Below, one piece after another: positions 49,321 through 57,971 of a stretch of DNA of 64,000 nt. Origin of the DNA: an uncultured bacterium. Lineage in GTDB: Bacteria > Patescibacteriota > Minisyncoccia > Phycocordibacterales > DATDWN01. Under the pieces are notes generated by a model. It was given only the letters and a program-made list of their open reading frames with translations, did not search any database and was not told the DNA's origin. The translations under genes and the position numbers were made by a program. The first letter of the stretch is position 1; every line of letters starts with the position of its first letter. The DNA is taken from NCBI GenBank assembly GCA_903870365.1, contig CAIQCQ010000034.1, positions 2,665 through 66,664 of the forward strand, written 5' to 3'.

Positions 49321-50148
49321 CTACTTCGCCACTTGGATCGACTGCAAATCCTGTTTAATAATGGCCGAGGGCAGATATGATTTTGTTGAAGCAAATTCCG
49401 ACAATGATATGCCGATGACATTACCTGATAATGACAAAATAGGGGCACCAGAAACAGCATCGATAGGACTGACATCCCCTTCTACTGAAGATACGGACTT
49501 GGTGGCTGGTGTGGTGCTTGAAGCTGCCGTTTCTTTCATAGTGAGATACGCCACCCGACCCACAGCTACCGCATTACTACTGTCTCCACCAATTGATATA
49601 ATAGTCTGTCCAAGCTGGGCATCATTAACATCCAAAGTAGCTGGTGTAAATGTATACGGCTTCACTGGTTTTGCTTTAAAAAAAGAAACTTGCCATTTTT
49701 TATCTCCGGCAATAGCTACCAATGGAATAGTTACTCCATCTGAAGTCAGTGCCACATAATTCATAACTGGGGAAATATATTGTTTGTCTGCTACAACAAT
49801 ACCGTCACTCGAGATAATTACGCCGAGACTGTACAAGTTGTCGACACTCCCATCTGCATTTTGTTCACGAATACGAACAATCGATGGCGTATTTTTAGCG
49901 ATAGATGAGGTGACACTGTCATCCTCGTTGACCACCACAGTGGTGGTCTGTTTTCCTGTATTTGTACCAGTCACGGCCGCTGGGGTCACAGTCTCGATAG
50001 TTTTCTCTACTACTTGATTAACGGTCTTGGTTAGCTCCACTGGTGCTTGCATGAGCAAAGAGGTGGTCATGATACCGGTAGCAATAGATACGACAAAAGA
50101 GATGAGGATACAGAGGAGAATAATTTGATGTTTGTTGAGATCGTCCAT
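49321..50148 (-). CDS. membrane-anchored trypsin-fold (HtrA/DegP-like) protein, catalytic His apparently absent
   Basis: SLGVIISSDGIVVADKQYI (cf. GSGVII..GY.VTNNHV) and VSGAPILSLSGNVIGI (cf. GNSGGPL..G.VIGI). Confidence 0.4.
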   Translation of the reverse strand: MDDLNKHQIILLCILISFVVSIATGIMTTSLLMQAPVELTKTVNQVVEKTIETVTPAAVTGTNTGKQTTTVVVNEDDSVTSSIAKNTPSIVRIREQNADGSVDNLYSLGVIISSDGIVVADKQYISPVMNYVALTSDGVTIPLVAIAGDKKWQVSFFKAKPVKPYTFTPATLDVNDAQLGQTIISIGGDSSNAVAVGRVAYLTMKETAASSTTPATKSVSSVEGDVSPIDAVSGAPILSLSGNVIGISLSEFASTKSYLPSAIIKQDLQSIQVAK

Positions 50149-50248
50149 CCCGTTAGAGTTTTAATGAAAACCTTCTAATAATAAAATAGTTTACGTAGTA
50201 AAAAATATATGTACATACTATCAATCCCATAGATAAAACTCTAACGGG
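50149..50248 (-). mobile_element. MITE-like element, copy 4, inserted at the start codon of the 49321 gene
   Basis: Perfect TIRs; both flanks are ATGG (TSD-like). Confidence 0.75.
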
Positions 50249-50300
50249 ACCATAGCGTGTTAAGTATAACAAATCTACATCTCAAAGCCCAAACGTCAAA

Positions 50301-50514
50301 AAATAAACGACCCACGGGCTCACGCCCGGGGTATTCCCGAGATGAATTGGCGAAGCCAATTCATCCTGAAGCAAAGCTTCAGGAAACTTTTGCTTCATCC
50401 CCACGCTCACGCGATGGGGTATTCGCAAAACAAACTGTCGTTTGTTTTGACGTCACATCTCAGAAGTGGAAAAGAGTACTTTTCCACTTCATTCAATGCT
50501 AGTCAAAATAAAAA
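50301..50514. repeat. Repeat-E copy B (inverted relative to copy A)
   Basis: About 95% identical to the reverse complement of 26188-26400. Confidence 0.85.
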
Positions 50515-50762
50515 TGAGGTCACTGTTTTACCAGTGACCTCCCTGCTTTCGAGATGACATTTATTAGTTGGGCCTAACCATACAACAGGTCCCGGACTGC
50601 GCCCGGAAAAGCACGGGTCCATTCCATAACCAAACGAACAAACTTTTCTTGCAAAATTACTGCAAGGTCATCTCCTAAAAGACTAACCTATACGAAAAAT
50701 AATGTCAACATCTTTTAAACACAAAACCCACCGAAGCAGGCTGTGCCATATTTGGTGGGTTG

Positions 50763-51008
50763 TCAATATTGTTCTTCTGCAAGTGGAACCCTGTAACCTT
50801 CCCGTAAAATTGCCACACACTCACTGACACACCTATCACAAATATACGTAATGACAGAAATTGACAATTTTACCGTAGCTTTTGCAGAGGACAATTTAAT
50901 ATCTTGCGTGTTGCAATCTGTATCCTCTGGACTTCTTATCATTTTTTCGACATAGCCTTGAGATTTCCCACAAAAATTACACCGTATATCGTCCATATAG
51001 ATCTCCAA
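50763..51008 (-). CDS. stand-alone ClpX-type C4 zinc-finger domain protein
   Basis: CNFCGKSQ...YICDRCVSEC, cf. the ClpX N-terminus CSFCGKSQ..YICDECV..C. Confidence 0.45.
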   Translation of the reverse strand: MEIYMDDIRCNFCGKSQGYVEKMIRSPEDTDCNTQDIKLSSAKATVKLSISVITYICDRCVSECVAILREGYRVPLAEEQY

Positions 51009-51120
51009 AAAAACATTAACATTACTTTATTTGATTTGTCAACTAAAGATGAATCAGGTAGATTCCGGGTCAAATCCGGAATGACCAAGTTGGAGACTTT
51101 TAAACGTACGACTTTATGGA

Positions 51121-52311
51121 CTACTTCCCCACCTGTTTCAACGCCTTTTCCAAAGCGTGCAGTGCGAAATCAATATCTGCCTGAGTTGTCTCACGACCAA
51201 GTGTAAAGCGGATAGATGACAGTGCACAGTCTGGCTTACCAAGCGAAGCCACCACATAGGACGACGAATCTTCTTTCAATGTTTGGCACGATGATGAATA
51301 CGACGCTGCTACTCCGTAGGTGTCCAAGGCCACTACCAGATATTCTGCATCAAGACCTTTGAAACAGATGCTTATATTATTCGGTACTCGATGTTTACGA
51401 GAACCATTGATTTCCGCACCTTCAAATCGTTTGAGAATTTCATCAATACAATAGTCTCGTAATTTTTCTAGACGAATCGATAGTTCCTTCCGTTCAACCT
51501 TTGCACACGATAAAGCTGTAGCCAGACCAAGCATCCGGGTAACATCTTCTGTACCACTGCGCAAACCCATTTCTTGTCCCCCACCAAACATAACCGGTGA
51601 CCAGTTAACTCCATGACGCACATACAAACAACCAATTCCAGCAGGTCCATACACCTTTAACCCATCCAAAGTTAACAGATCCACTCCCAACGTCGATACA
51701 TCTAATGTGTAGAACAATGGCGCCTGACACGCATCAGTGTGGAAAAGAATCTCGAAGCGAGAAGCTTGAGATTTAATTTTGACTGCGCGGACAATCTCGC
51801 GCAATGGTTGCACGACCCCAATCTCATTATTCACATACATGATCGACACCAACACCGTATTGTTTTGTATCGCATCCACAACCTGCTGTGCAGTAATCAA
51901 TCCATCGGAATCCGGTGTGAGTAATGTTACTTCACCACCTCGTCTGGTGACCTCTGCCAATACTTCCCGGACCGACGAATGTTCGGTCAATACAGAAATA
52001 ATATGTGGTCGTGCAATACCATGCTGTTGTGCATATGCAAATGTACCAAGAATAGCGAGATTGTTACTCTCCGTACCACCAGCAGTAAAAACAATCCGCT
52101 CGTGTGCTGTGTTTAAAAAACGAGCCACTTCACTGCGCGCCTGGAGCATGATTTCTTTGACCTGCCGAGCTTCGGTATACAATGCACTTGGATTGGCAAA
52201 ATGTAACTCCGCATAATCACGCATAACAACTTTAACCTCTGCACGAACAGGGGTGGCCGACGCATAGTCGAGAAATATGCGCTCTTGTTTTTTCTTCAAA
52301 AAATTAAACAT
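51121..52311 (-). CDS. cysteine desulfurase (IscS/NifS family)
   Basis: Class V aminotransferase fold; start taken at MFNFLKK. Confidence 0.8.
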   Translation of the reverse strand: MFNFLKKKQERIFLDYASATPVRAEVKVVMRDYAELHFANPSALYTEARQVKEIMLQARSEVARFLNTAHERIVFTAGGTESNNLAILGTFAYAQQHGIARPHIISVLTEHSSVREVLAEVTRRGGEVTLLTPDSDGLITAQQVVDAIQNNTVLVSIMYVNNEIGVVQPLREIVRAVKIKSQASRFEILFHTDACQAPLFYTLDVSTLGVDLLTLDGLKVYGPAGIGCLYVRHGVNWSPVMFGGGQEMGLRSGTEDVTRMLGLATALSCAKVERKELSIRLEKLRDYCIDEILKRFEGAEINGSRKHRVPNNISICFKGLDAEYLVVALDTYGVAASYSSSCQTLKEDSSSYVVASLGKPDCALSSIRFTLGRETTQADIDFALHALEKALKQVGK

Positions 52312-52373
52312 ATGTTGAGTGTACCGCAAAATGCTTCTTTGCAAAAGAGTATTTTTACTGTATAGTAAATTTC

Positions 52374-52853
52374 ATGCAAATTGACGTTTATTTGATCACA
52401 TATGCACTTGCTGGCATGAGCATCATATTGCTCGGCTGGGTCATCTACCTGCACATAAAAATCCGCCGACTACTCGTAGGTAAAGACGCAAAGTCCCTCG
52501 AAGATACACTGACTCATGCACATGCAGAGATTCGAGAATTGCGAAAATTTGAAACAGAGTGTTTGGCATATTTTACAGATGTTGAAAAACGCCTGAGCAG
52601 ATCCATCCAGGCAGTCGAGACTGTTCGCTTTAACCCTTTTCAGGGTTCAGGTGTCGGAGGAAACCAGAGTTTTTCAACAGTCCTCTTGTCTGAAAAAGGT
52701 GACGGTGTTGTCCTGTCATCTCTCTACTCGCGAGATCGTGTCAGTATTTTCTCCAAGCCACTATCAAAATTCCAAAGTGATTTTGACATGACAGAAGAAG
52801 AACTGTCTGTACTCACATCTGCAAAAGCCAAGGTAGGAATAAACCAAAAATAA
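52374..52853 (+). CDS. DUF4446-like membrane/coiled-coil protein
   Basis: N-terminal TM, coiled coil, FNPFQGSGVGGNQSF. Confidence 0.35.
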   Translation: MQIDVYLITYALAGMSIILLGWVIYLHIKIRRLLVGKDAKSLEDTLTHAHAEIRELRKFETECLAYFTDVEKRLSRSIQAVETVRFNPFQGSGVGGNQSFSTVLLSEKGDGVVLSSLYSRDRVSIFSKPLSKFQSDFDMTEEELSVLTSAKAKVGINQK

Positions 52854-52938
52854 AAATCGATACAATATTTTAATTTCGAAATTTAAAATTTACTCTGAGA
52901 CAAATCTTTACGATGCCGAAACATAATAAAAACAAACC

Positions 52939-54444
52939 ATGCCCGACACTAGCCACACTACAACAAAACGTCCTCCTGTCGTCGCCATCATGGGTCATAT
53001 TGATCATGGTAAATCAACACTCCTCTCATATATTCGTAAAAGCGCCCTCGCGTTAAACGAAGCAGGTGGTATCACTCAGCATATTTCTGCGTATGAAGTC
53101 GAACATCCTACAGCAGACGGCGTAGCGAAGATCACCTTCATCGACACACCCGGACATGCCGCTTTTTCTGGTCACCGCAACCGTGGAGCATCTATCGCTG
53201 ATGTATGTATCCTCGTGGTCTCTGCCGAAGATGGTGTCAAACCTCAAACTGTCGAAGCCCTCAATTCAATAAAAAAAAGCAACACTCCGTATATTGTCGC
53301 CATTACAAAGACAGACAAGCCTGATGCCAATATTGAGCGCACAAAACAATCACTGGCTGAACACGACATCTTTGTTGAAGGCTACGGTGGCGATATCCCT
53401 ATGGTAGCTGTTTCTGGAAAAACCGGCGCTGGTATTCCCGAACTTCTTGATATGATCCTCCTAGTGGCTGATTTGGAAAACCTCATGGGAGATCGCGGAG
53501 CTCTTGCCTCTGGTATGATTATTGAAAATAATCTCGATATCCGTAAAGGTATCTCTGCAACCTGTATCATCACTAATGGAAGTTTGGTCAAGGGTAATTT
53601 TGTTATTTCTGAACAAGCCATCACCCCTGTCCGTATGGTAGAAAATTGGAAAGGCCAACCAATACAAGACGCCACTTTTTCCATGCCGATAAAACTCATT
53701 GGTTGGGATAGTCTACCAACAGTTGGAAGTACCTTTAAAACATTTGAAACAAAAAAAGAAGCGGAAGAATATATAAAGCAAATGGAAAGTGGAAAGTCGA
53801 AAGTGGAAAGTCGAGAAGATACACAGAAAAATACAGACGTTAAAGATTTTCCACTCGTCATCAAAGCAGATACTGGTGGTAGTTTGGAGGCACTGACTCA
53901 GGAGATCATGAAGTCAGAAATGGAACGCATCCGACCACATATTGTTTTTTCTGGTATCGGCGCGGTATCTGAAAACGATATTCGTATGGCCAAAGGTAAA
54001 GACAATGCTATCGTTATCGGTTTTCATGTCAAAGTGGATCCACAAGCAAAAACTCTGGCTGAACGAGATGGTGTGACCATACAACATTTTGATGTCATTT
54101 ATACTATGTCAGAATGGCTCAAAGAAACACTCCTCGCACAAACACCAAAAAGAGAAGTTGAGGAACAAACTGGCGAAGCAAAAGTACTCAAAATGTTCAG
54201 TAAAGTCAAAGACAAACAAGTCATTGGCTGTCGTATGGAAACAGGTAGTATGCACGTCGGCGACATTGTTAAAATCATGCGTCGAGATAGTGAGATTGGT
54301 AGTGGTAAAGTACGCGAACTACAATCACAGAAATTAAAAATCTCGAGTGTCGAAGAAGGTAAAGAATTTGGCACCTTGGTCGAAGCAAAAATAGAAATCG
54401 CTCCTGGTGACAAACTACAGGTATTTACTCTTACTCAAAAATAA
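52939..54444 (+). CDS. infB: translation initiation factor IF-2 (short form)
   Basis: GTPase G1-G4 (GHIDHGKST, DTPGH, TKTD) plus C-terminal domains. Confidence 0.9.
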   Translation: MPDTSHTTTKRPPVVAIMGHIDHGKSTLLSYIRKSALALNEAGGITQHISAYEVEHPTADGVAKITFIDTPGHAAFSGHRNRGASIADVCILVVSAEDGVKPQTVEALNSIKKSNTPYIVAITKTDKPDANIERTKQSLAEHDIFVEGYGGDIPMVAVSGKTGAGIPELLDMILLVADLENLMGDRGALASGMIIENNLDIRKGISATCIITNGSLVKGNFVISEQAITPVRMVENWKGQPIQDATFSMPIKLIGWDSLPTVGSTFKTFETKKEAEEYIKQMESGKSKVESREDTQKNTDVKDFPLVIKADTGGSLEALTQEIMKSEMERIRPHIVFSGIGAVSENDIRMAKGKDNAIVIGFHVKVDPQAKTLAERDGVTIQHFDVIYTMSEWLKETLLAQTPKREVEEQTGEAKVLKMFSKVKDKQVIGCRMETGSMHVGDIVKIMRRDSEIGSGKVRELQSQKLKISSVEEGKEFGTLVEAKIEIAPGDKLQVFTLTQK

Positions 54445-54461
54445 TACAAATAACACATACC

Positions 54462-54791
54462 ATGAGCCTACGAGACGAACGTATAGAAGAACAGTTACGA
54501 GGATTGGCAGGACAGTTTTTGTCGTTGCATGGTAATACCTCATCCTTGCTAACTGTCACCAAAGTTGAGATGTCAAAAGACGCGAAAAATGCTATGATCT
54601 TTTTCACAGTATTCCCGCAAAGTTTCGAGAAAACTGCGTTGCAATTTGCCAAGCGAAAGCGAAGTGAATTTAAACATTTCATCAAAGATAACGTGAGTTT
54701 TGGCAAAATCCCTTTCATTGATTTTGCTATTGATTTGGGTGAGAAAAACCGTCAACGTATTGATGAGATATCAAACATAACCGAAGAATAA
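54462..54791 (+). CDS. rbfA: ribosome-binding factor A
   Basis: 109 aa downstream of infB; KH-like RbfA pattern. Confidence 0.8.
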   Translation: MSLRDERIEEQLRGLAGQFLSLHGNTSSLLTVTKVEMSKDAKNAMIFFTVFPQSFEKTALQFAKRKRSEFKHFIKDNVSFGKIPFIDFAIDLGEKNRQRIDEISNITEE

Positions 54792-54794
54792 TAC

Positions 54795-54869
54795 GACCTG
54801 GTGGCCAAGTGGTAAGGCGAAGCTCTGCAAAAGCTTTATACGGCGGTTCGATTCCGCCCCAGGTCTCCA
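54795..54869 (+). tRNA. tRNA-Cys(GCA), CCA encoded
   Basis: Hand-folded; anticodon loop CTGCAAA; T-loop TTCGATT. Confidence 0.8.
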
Positions 54870-54895
54870 AGAAAAAGTTTTACTTTTTCTCACAT

Positions 54896-54977
54896 GCCTG
54901 GGTGGTGGAATTGGTTTACACGCACGACTTAAAATCGTGTTCCGCAAGGAATATGGGTTCGACTCCCATCCCAGGCA
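54896..54977 (+). tRNA. tRNA-Leu(TAA)
   Basis: Hand-folded; anticodon loop CTTAAAA; long variable arm. Confidence 0.75.
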
Positions 54978-55030
54978 CTAGAAAATCACAAAGTGATTTT
55001 TAGCTGGGAAACAAAACCAATATCTTGGTT

Positions 55031-55098
55031 TTGTGTTGGGAATCGAACAGATTGTCGGTCTACGCTCACACCAGTGAGTGTCGACAATCTGGTGCCCA
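55031..55098 (+). repeat. Repeat-D copy (10-bp stem CAGATTGTCG / CGACAATCTG)
   Basis: Preceded by an A6CC..GGT6 hairpin; lies between two perfect 26-bp copies of the tRNA-Leu 3' end (54961-54986 and 55136-55161). Confidence 0.8.
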
Positions 55099-55169
55099 GA
55101 AATATTCAAGCGACGGCGAGAACATTTCGAGGGAGACTCCCATCCCAGGCACTAGAAAATACTTTCACA

Positions 55170-55201
55170 AAAAATTTCCATACGTGTATGGAAATTTTTT
55201 G
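55170..55201. terminator. bidirectional terminator hairpin
   Basis: AAAAAATTTCCATAC-g-GTATGGAAATTTTTT. Confidence 0.7.
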
Positions 55202-55207
55202 TATCTG

Positions 55208-55280
55208 TGCGCCCACCAGGGATCGAACCTGGGACCTTGTCCTTAAGAGGGACCTGCTCTACCAGCTGAGCTATAGGCGC
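55208..55280 (-). tRNA. tRNA-Lys(CTT)
   Basis: Hand-folded; anticodon loop CTCTTAA; T-loop TTCGATC. Confidence 0.75.
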
Positions 55281-55487
55281 ATATTAATTTATTCTCACAT
55301 ACCGAGCCTCTACTGTATACCGACCAAAACAGTCCCAAACCAGACAAAAAGTATTCTACCATTTTATTTATGAAAACCAAAGTACACCCCCAGAATTTTC
55401 TACATAAAAAATTATTGATAATCCCCTTTTCATCATTTTCAGAGTTGATATAATTGGTATACACTATTTGTCTTAGTTATAGAAAAA

Positions 55488-56138
55488 ATGAGTAAAAGAA
55501 AATCAAAAATAAAAATCATCTGGACAACAAATTTTGCATACGCAATAGGGCTAATTACTACAGATGGTAACCTATCCAATGATGGTAGACATATTCTCTA
55601 TACAACAAAAGATGAACAACTAGCTATTACATACAAAAAATGCCTAGATATCACAAATAAAATTGGTAAAAAATCAAGAGGATTTGGAAAAGAAAAAAAG
55701 TATTACGTAATACAGTTTGGTGATATAAATTTTTATGAATTTCTTATTACTATTGGAATAACACCCCGCAAATCAAAAACCCTTATACAAATACAAATAC
55801 CAAATAAATATTTTGCGGATTTTTTACGAGGATGTATTGATGGTGACGGTACTATTTCAATATCAGATCATCCAGAGTCACAATACAAACAATTAAAAAT
55901 TCGTTTATCTTCTGCAAGCCCGTTATTTCTTCAATGGATTGGCGAAAAAATAGCTCTTTTGATCAAAACAAAAGGTGGTCATATTTATACAGATAAAACA
56001 AAATCCGTCTCAACACTTTCTTATGCAAAAGCAGATGGTGGAAAAATCCTGAAATGTATGTATTATAAGAAGGATCTTCCTTGTTTAAAAAGAAAAGAGA
56101 AGATTGCTAAAAAATGGGCGAGTGGCGCAATTGGCTAG
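55488..56138 (+). CDS. LAGLIDADG homing endonuclease (two-motif, free-standing)
   Basis: FAYAIGLITTDGNL and FLRGCIDGDGTISI; the last 7 codons and the stop overlap tRNA-Leu(TAG). Confidence 0.8.
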   Translation: MSKRKSKIKIIWTTNFAYAIGLITTDGNLSNDGRHILYTTKDEQLAITYKKCLDITNKIGKKSRGFGKEKKYYVIQFGDINFYEFLITIGITPRKSKTLIQIQIPNKYFADFLRGCIDGDGTISISDHPESQYKQLKIRLSSASPLFLQWIGEKIALLIKTKGGHIYTDKTKSVSTLSYAKADGGKILKCMYYKKDLPCLKRKEKIAKKWASGAIG

Positions 56139-56198
56139 ACGCGCTAGTCTTAGGAACTAGTGGAGCAATCCGTGGGGGTTCAAGTCCCCCCTCGCCCA
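56116..56198 (+). tRNA. tRNA-Leu(TAG)
   Basis: Hand-folded; anticodon loop CTTAGGA; long variable arm; T-loop TTCAAGT. Confidence 0.75.
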
Positions 56199-57820
56199 CC
56201 CTTAGAGACTTTGAGGTCTTCGAGATCATCAAAGGGTGAATTAAGTGTTGTATTTACTACATTTTTTCCTTGAATGGTAAAGTTCAAGAAGATTTTGCGT
56301 ATAAAATAGTCCAATTCTTTCATATCTCTGCTTTTAGCTATATAACTAGCGGTATTATCTAGTAGTTCAAGGAACTCAGCGTAAGTCAGTATATTGACCT
56401 TGCCCTTAGCGATAAGTTTTTGAGCTTTTTGTATCTCCCCATTGATCGTAACTATTTCTGCCTTAGACTTCTGTAAATCTAATTTATACTCATCCTTTAT
56501 TTCCTTTGTCTCATCACTAATAAGCATATCCTTTATCTTGACGATCTTCTCATTTATTTTTCTTTCTTTAGCTTGCAAAGAAAGTACTTGTGTTTTTGCT
56601 TTAGAAATCCTCTGATCAGAAACTATTTTCATTTCTTTGGTGTAGTGATCGTAACTCTTTTCGGATGAAAAAGGCTTTTGATCCAAATACTTACAAATAT
56701 AATCAATCACTACTTTTGCTCTGACTGATTTCCCATACATATCACAGTCATCAGTTTCGCATCTATAATAAAAATAGTTTGTTGTACCCTCTTTCGTTTT
56801 CTTTGCAGTAATACCTGCACTCATAGGCTCACCACACTCTGCACACAAAACCATTCCTCTCAGCAGATCAGCTTTCACACCACCAGTTTTCCTATACTTT
56901 TTTGTGATAGCTATAAGTTGTTTGTCCTTAGAAAGTTTATTGATTGTCATAAACTCTGGAACGGTAATCATGGCTGAAAATCCATAATGTTCAATCAAAT
57001 TGATCACATCATTTTTCCCATAGTTGAGAATACCTGTATAGATAGGGTCTTTCATAAACTTCTCTACCCTTTGCTTGGTCATTTTTATAAATCTTGGCGT
57101 ATGATCCTTATGCCAGGTATGGTAGCCATTACTATTTAGAAAATCAGCTATTTCTGACATAATAACGCCACGCAATCTCATCTTAAATGCTTCTTTGATG
57201 AGAAGAAAATTATTGCCATCTGGCTGCAAACGCTGAAGTGCATCTTTGTAATATCCATGCTTTGCTTTATTGATATACTTGCCCTCACCCACACTTCTCT
57301 TATTACCTCTGCTCACATTATCGCTGAGCTTGTCAGAGTATTCTTTTGACAACACAAAGGTAATGCCTAAAAGCATTTTTCCACTCGTGTCATTTTGAAA
57401 AGTAAAACTGACAAACTTCAAATCTCTGATAATCTGCTTATCAACAAGATCAATAATTTCTCCCGCCTCTTTCATATTTCTAGCAAGACGATCAGGATGC
57501 CATGCTATCACCCCACCGTATTTACCCTTTTTAAGGTCATTGAGTAACTGTCTAAACTTAGGTCTCGTATCAGGCTCTTTTGCCGACTCAGCTTCTACAA
57601 TAATATCTTGCTTCTTTACAGTAATATCATTCCTCTCTGCAAACTCAGTACACTCTGCTATTTGGTCCTGCAAAGAGCGAACTTGTTTATCACTTTCATC
57701 AGTGGATTTTCTAACATAAATTGCATAGACGCAGTCTTCAGGGACAAAAACACTATCACTGCTTTTTAGCTGTTGTAGTGCATTTTTTAGTTCTTCAGGA
57801 GTTGTAATCGGATTAAGCAT
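56180..57820 (-). CDS. large serine recombinase (integrase)
   Basis: N-terminal resolvase domain (AIYVRKSTDESDKQVRSLQDQ) plus a large C-terminal recombinase / zinc-ribbon / coiled-coil region; 546 aa. Confidence 0.85.
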   Translation of the reverse strand: MLNPITTPEELKNALQQLKSSDSVFVPEDCVYAIYVRKSTDESDKQVRSLQDQIAECTEFAERNDITVKKQDIIVEAESAKEPDTRPKFRQLLNDLKKGKYGGVIAWHPDRLARNMKEAGEIIDLVDKQIIRDLKFVSFTFQNDTSGKMLLGITFVLSKEYSDKLSDNVSRGNKRSVGEGKYINKAKHGYYKDALQRLQPDGNNFLLIKEAFKMRLRGVIMSEIADFLNSNGYHTWHKDHTPRFIKMTKQRVEKFMKDPIYTGILNYGKNDVINLIEHYGFSAMITVPEFMTINKLSKDKQLIAITKKYRKTGGVKADLLRGMVLCAECGEPMSAGITAKKTKEGTTNYFYYRCETDDCDMYGKSVRAKVVIDYICKYLDQKPFSSEKSYDHYTKEMKIVSDQRISKAKTQVLSLQAKERKINEKIVKIKDMLISDETKEIKDEYKLDLQKSKAEIVTINGEIQKAQKLIAKGKVNILTYAEFLELLDNTASYIAKSRDMKELDYFIRKIFLNFTIQGKNVVNTTLNSPFDDLEDLKVSKGGRGGT

Positions 57821-57971
57821 AGTTGGCAGTATTTTATCATTTTTGCTTACTACCGCCTAAATACACTGGATTATGAAAAATGGAGTGGTTTTGAGACAAA
57901 CCATAGTATTTACTGGTTACGAGCTATAGAGAGCAGGATCCTTTGAATAGGAGCTGGTGTGGGTCTATATA

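Noticed and set aside
55031-55098. GGGAATCGAAC... (and GACTTGAAC at 63455) looked like the reverse complement of a tRNA T-arm, suggesting minus-strand tRNAs
   Set aside because: The would-be T-stem and acceptor do not pair (TTGGG versus CAGAT). The sequence belongs to the Repeat-D palindromic element instead.
55283-55487. A group I intron housing the LAGLIDADG ORF
   Set aside because: No recognisable P/Q/R/S core elements (e.g. GTTCAGAGACTA) in the flanks, and no split host gene identified. It may still be worth a CM search.
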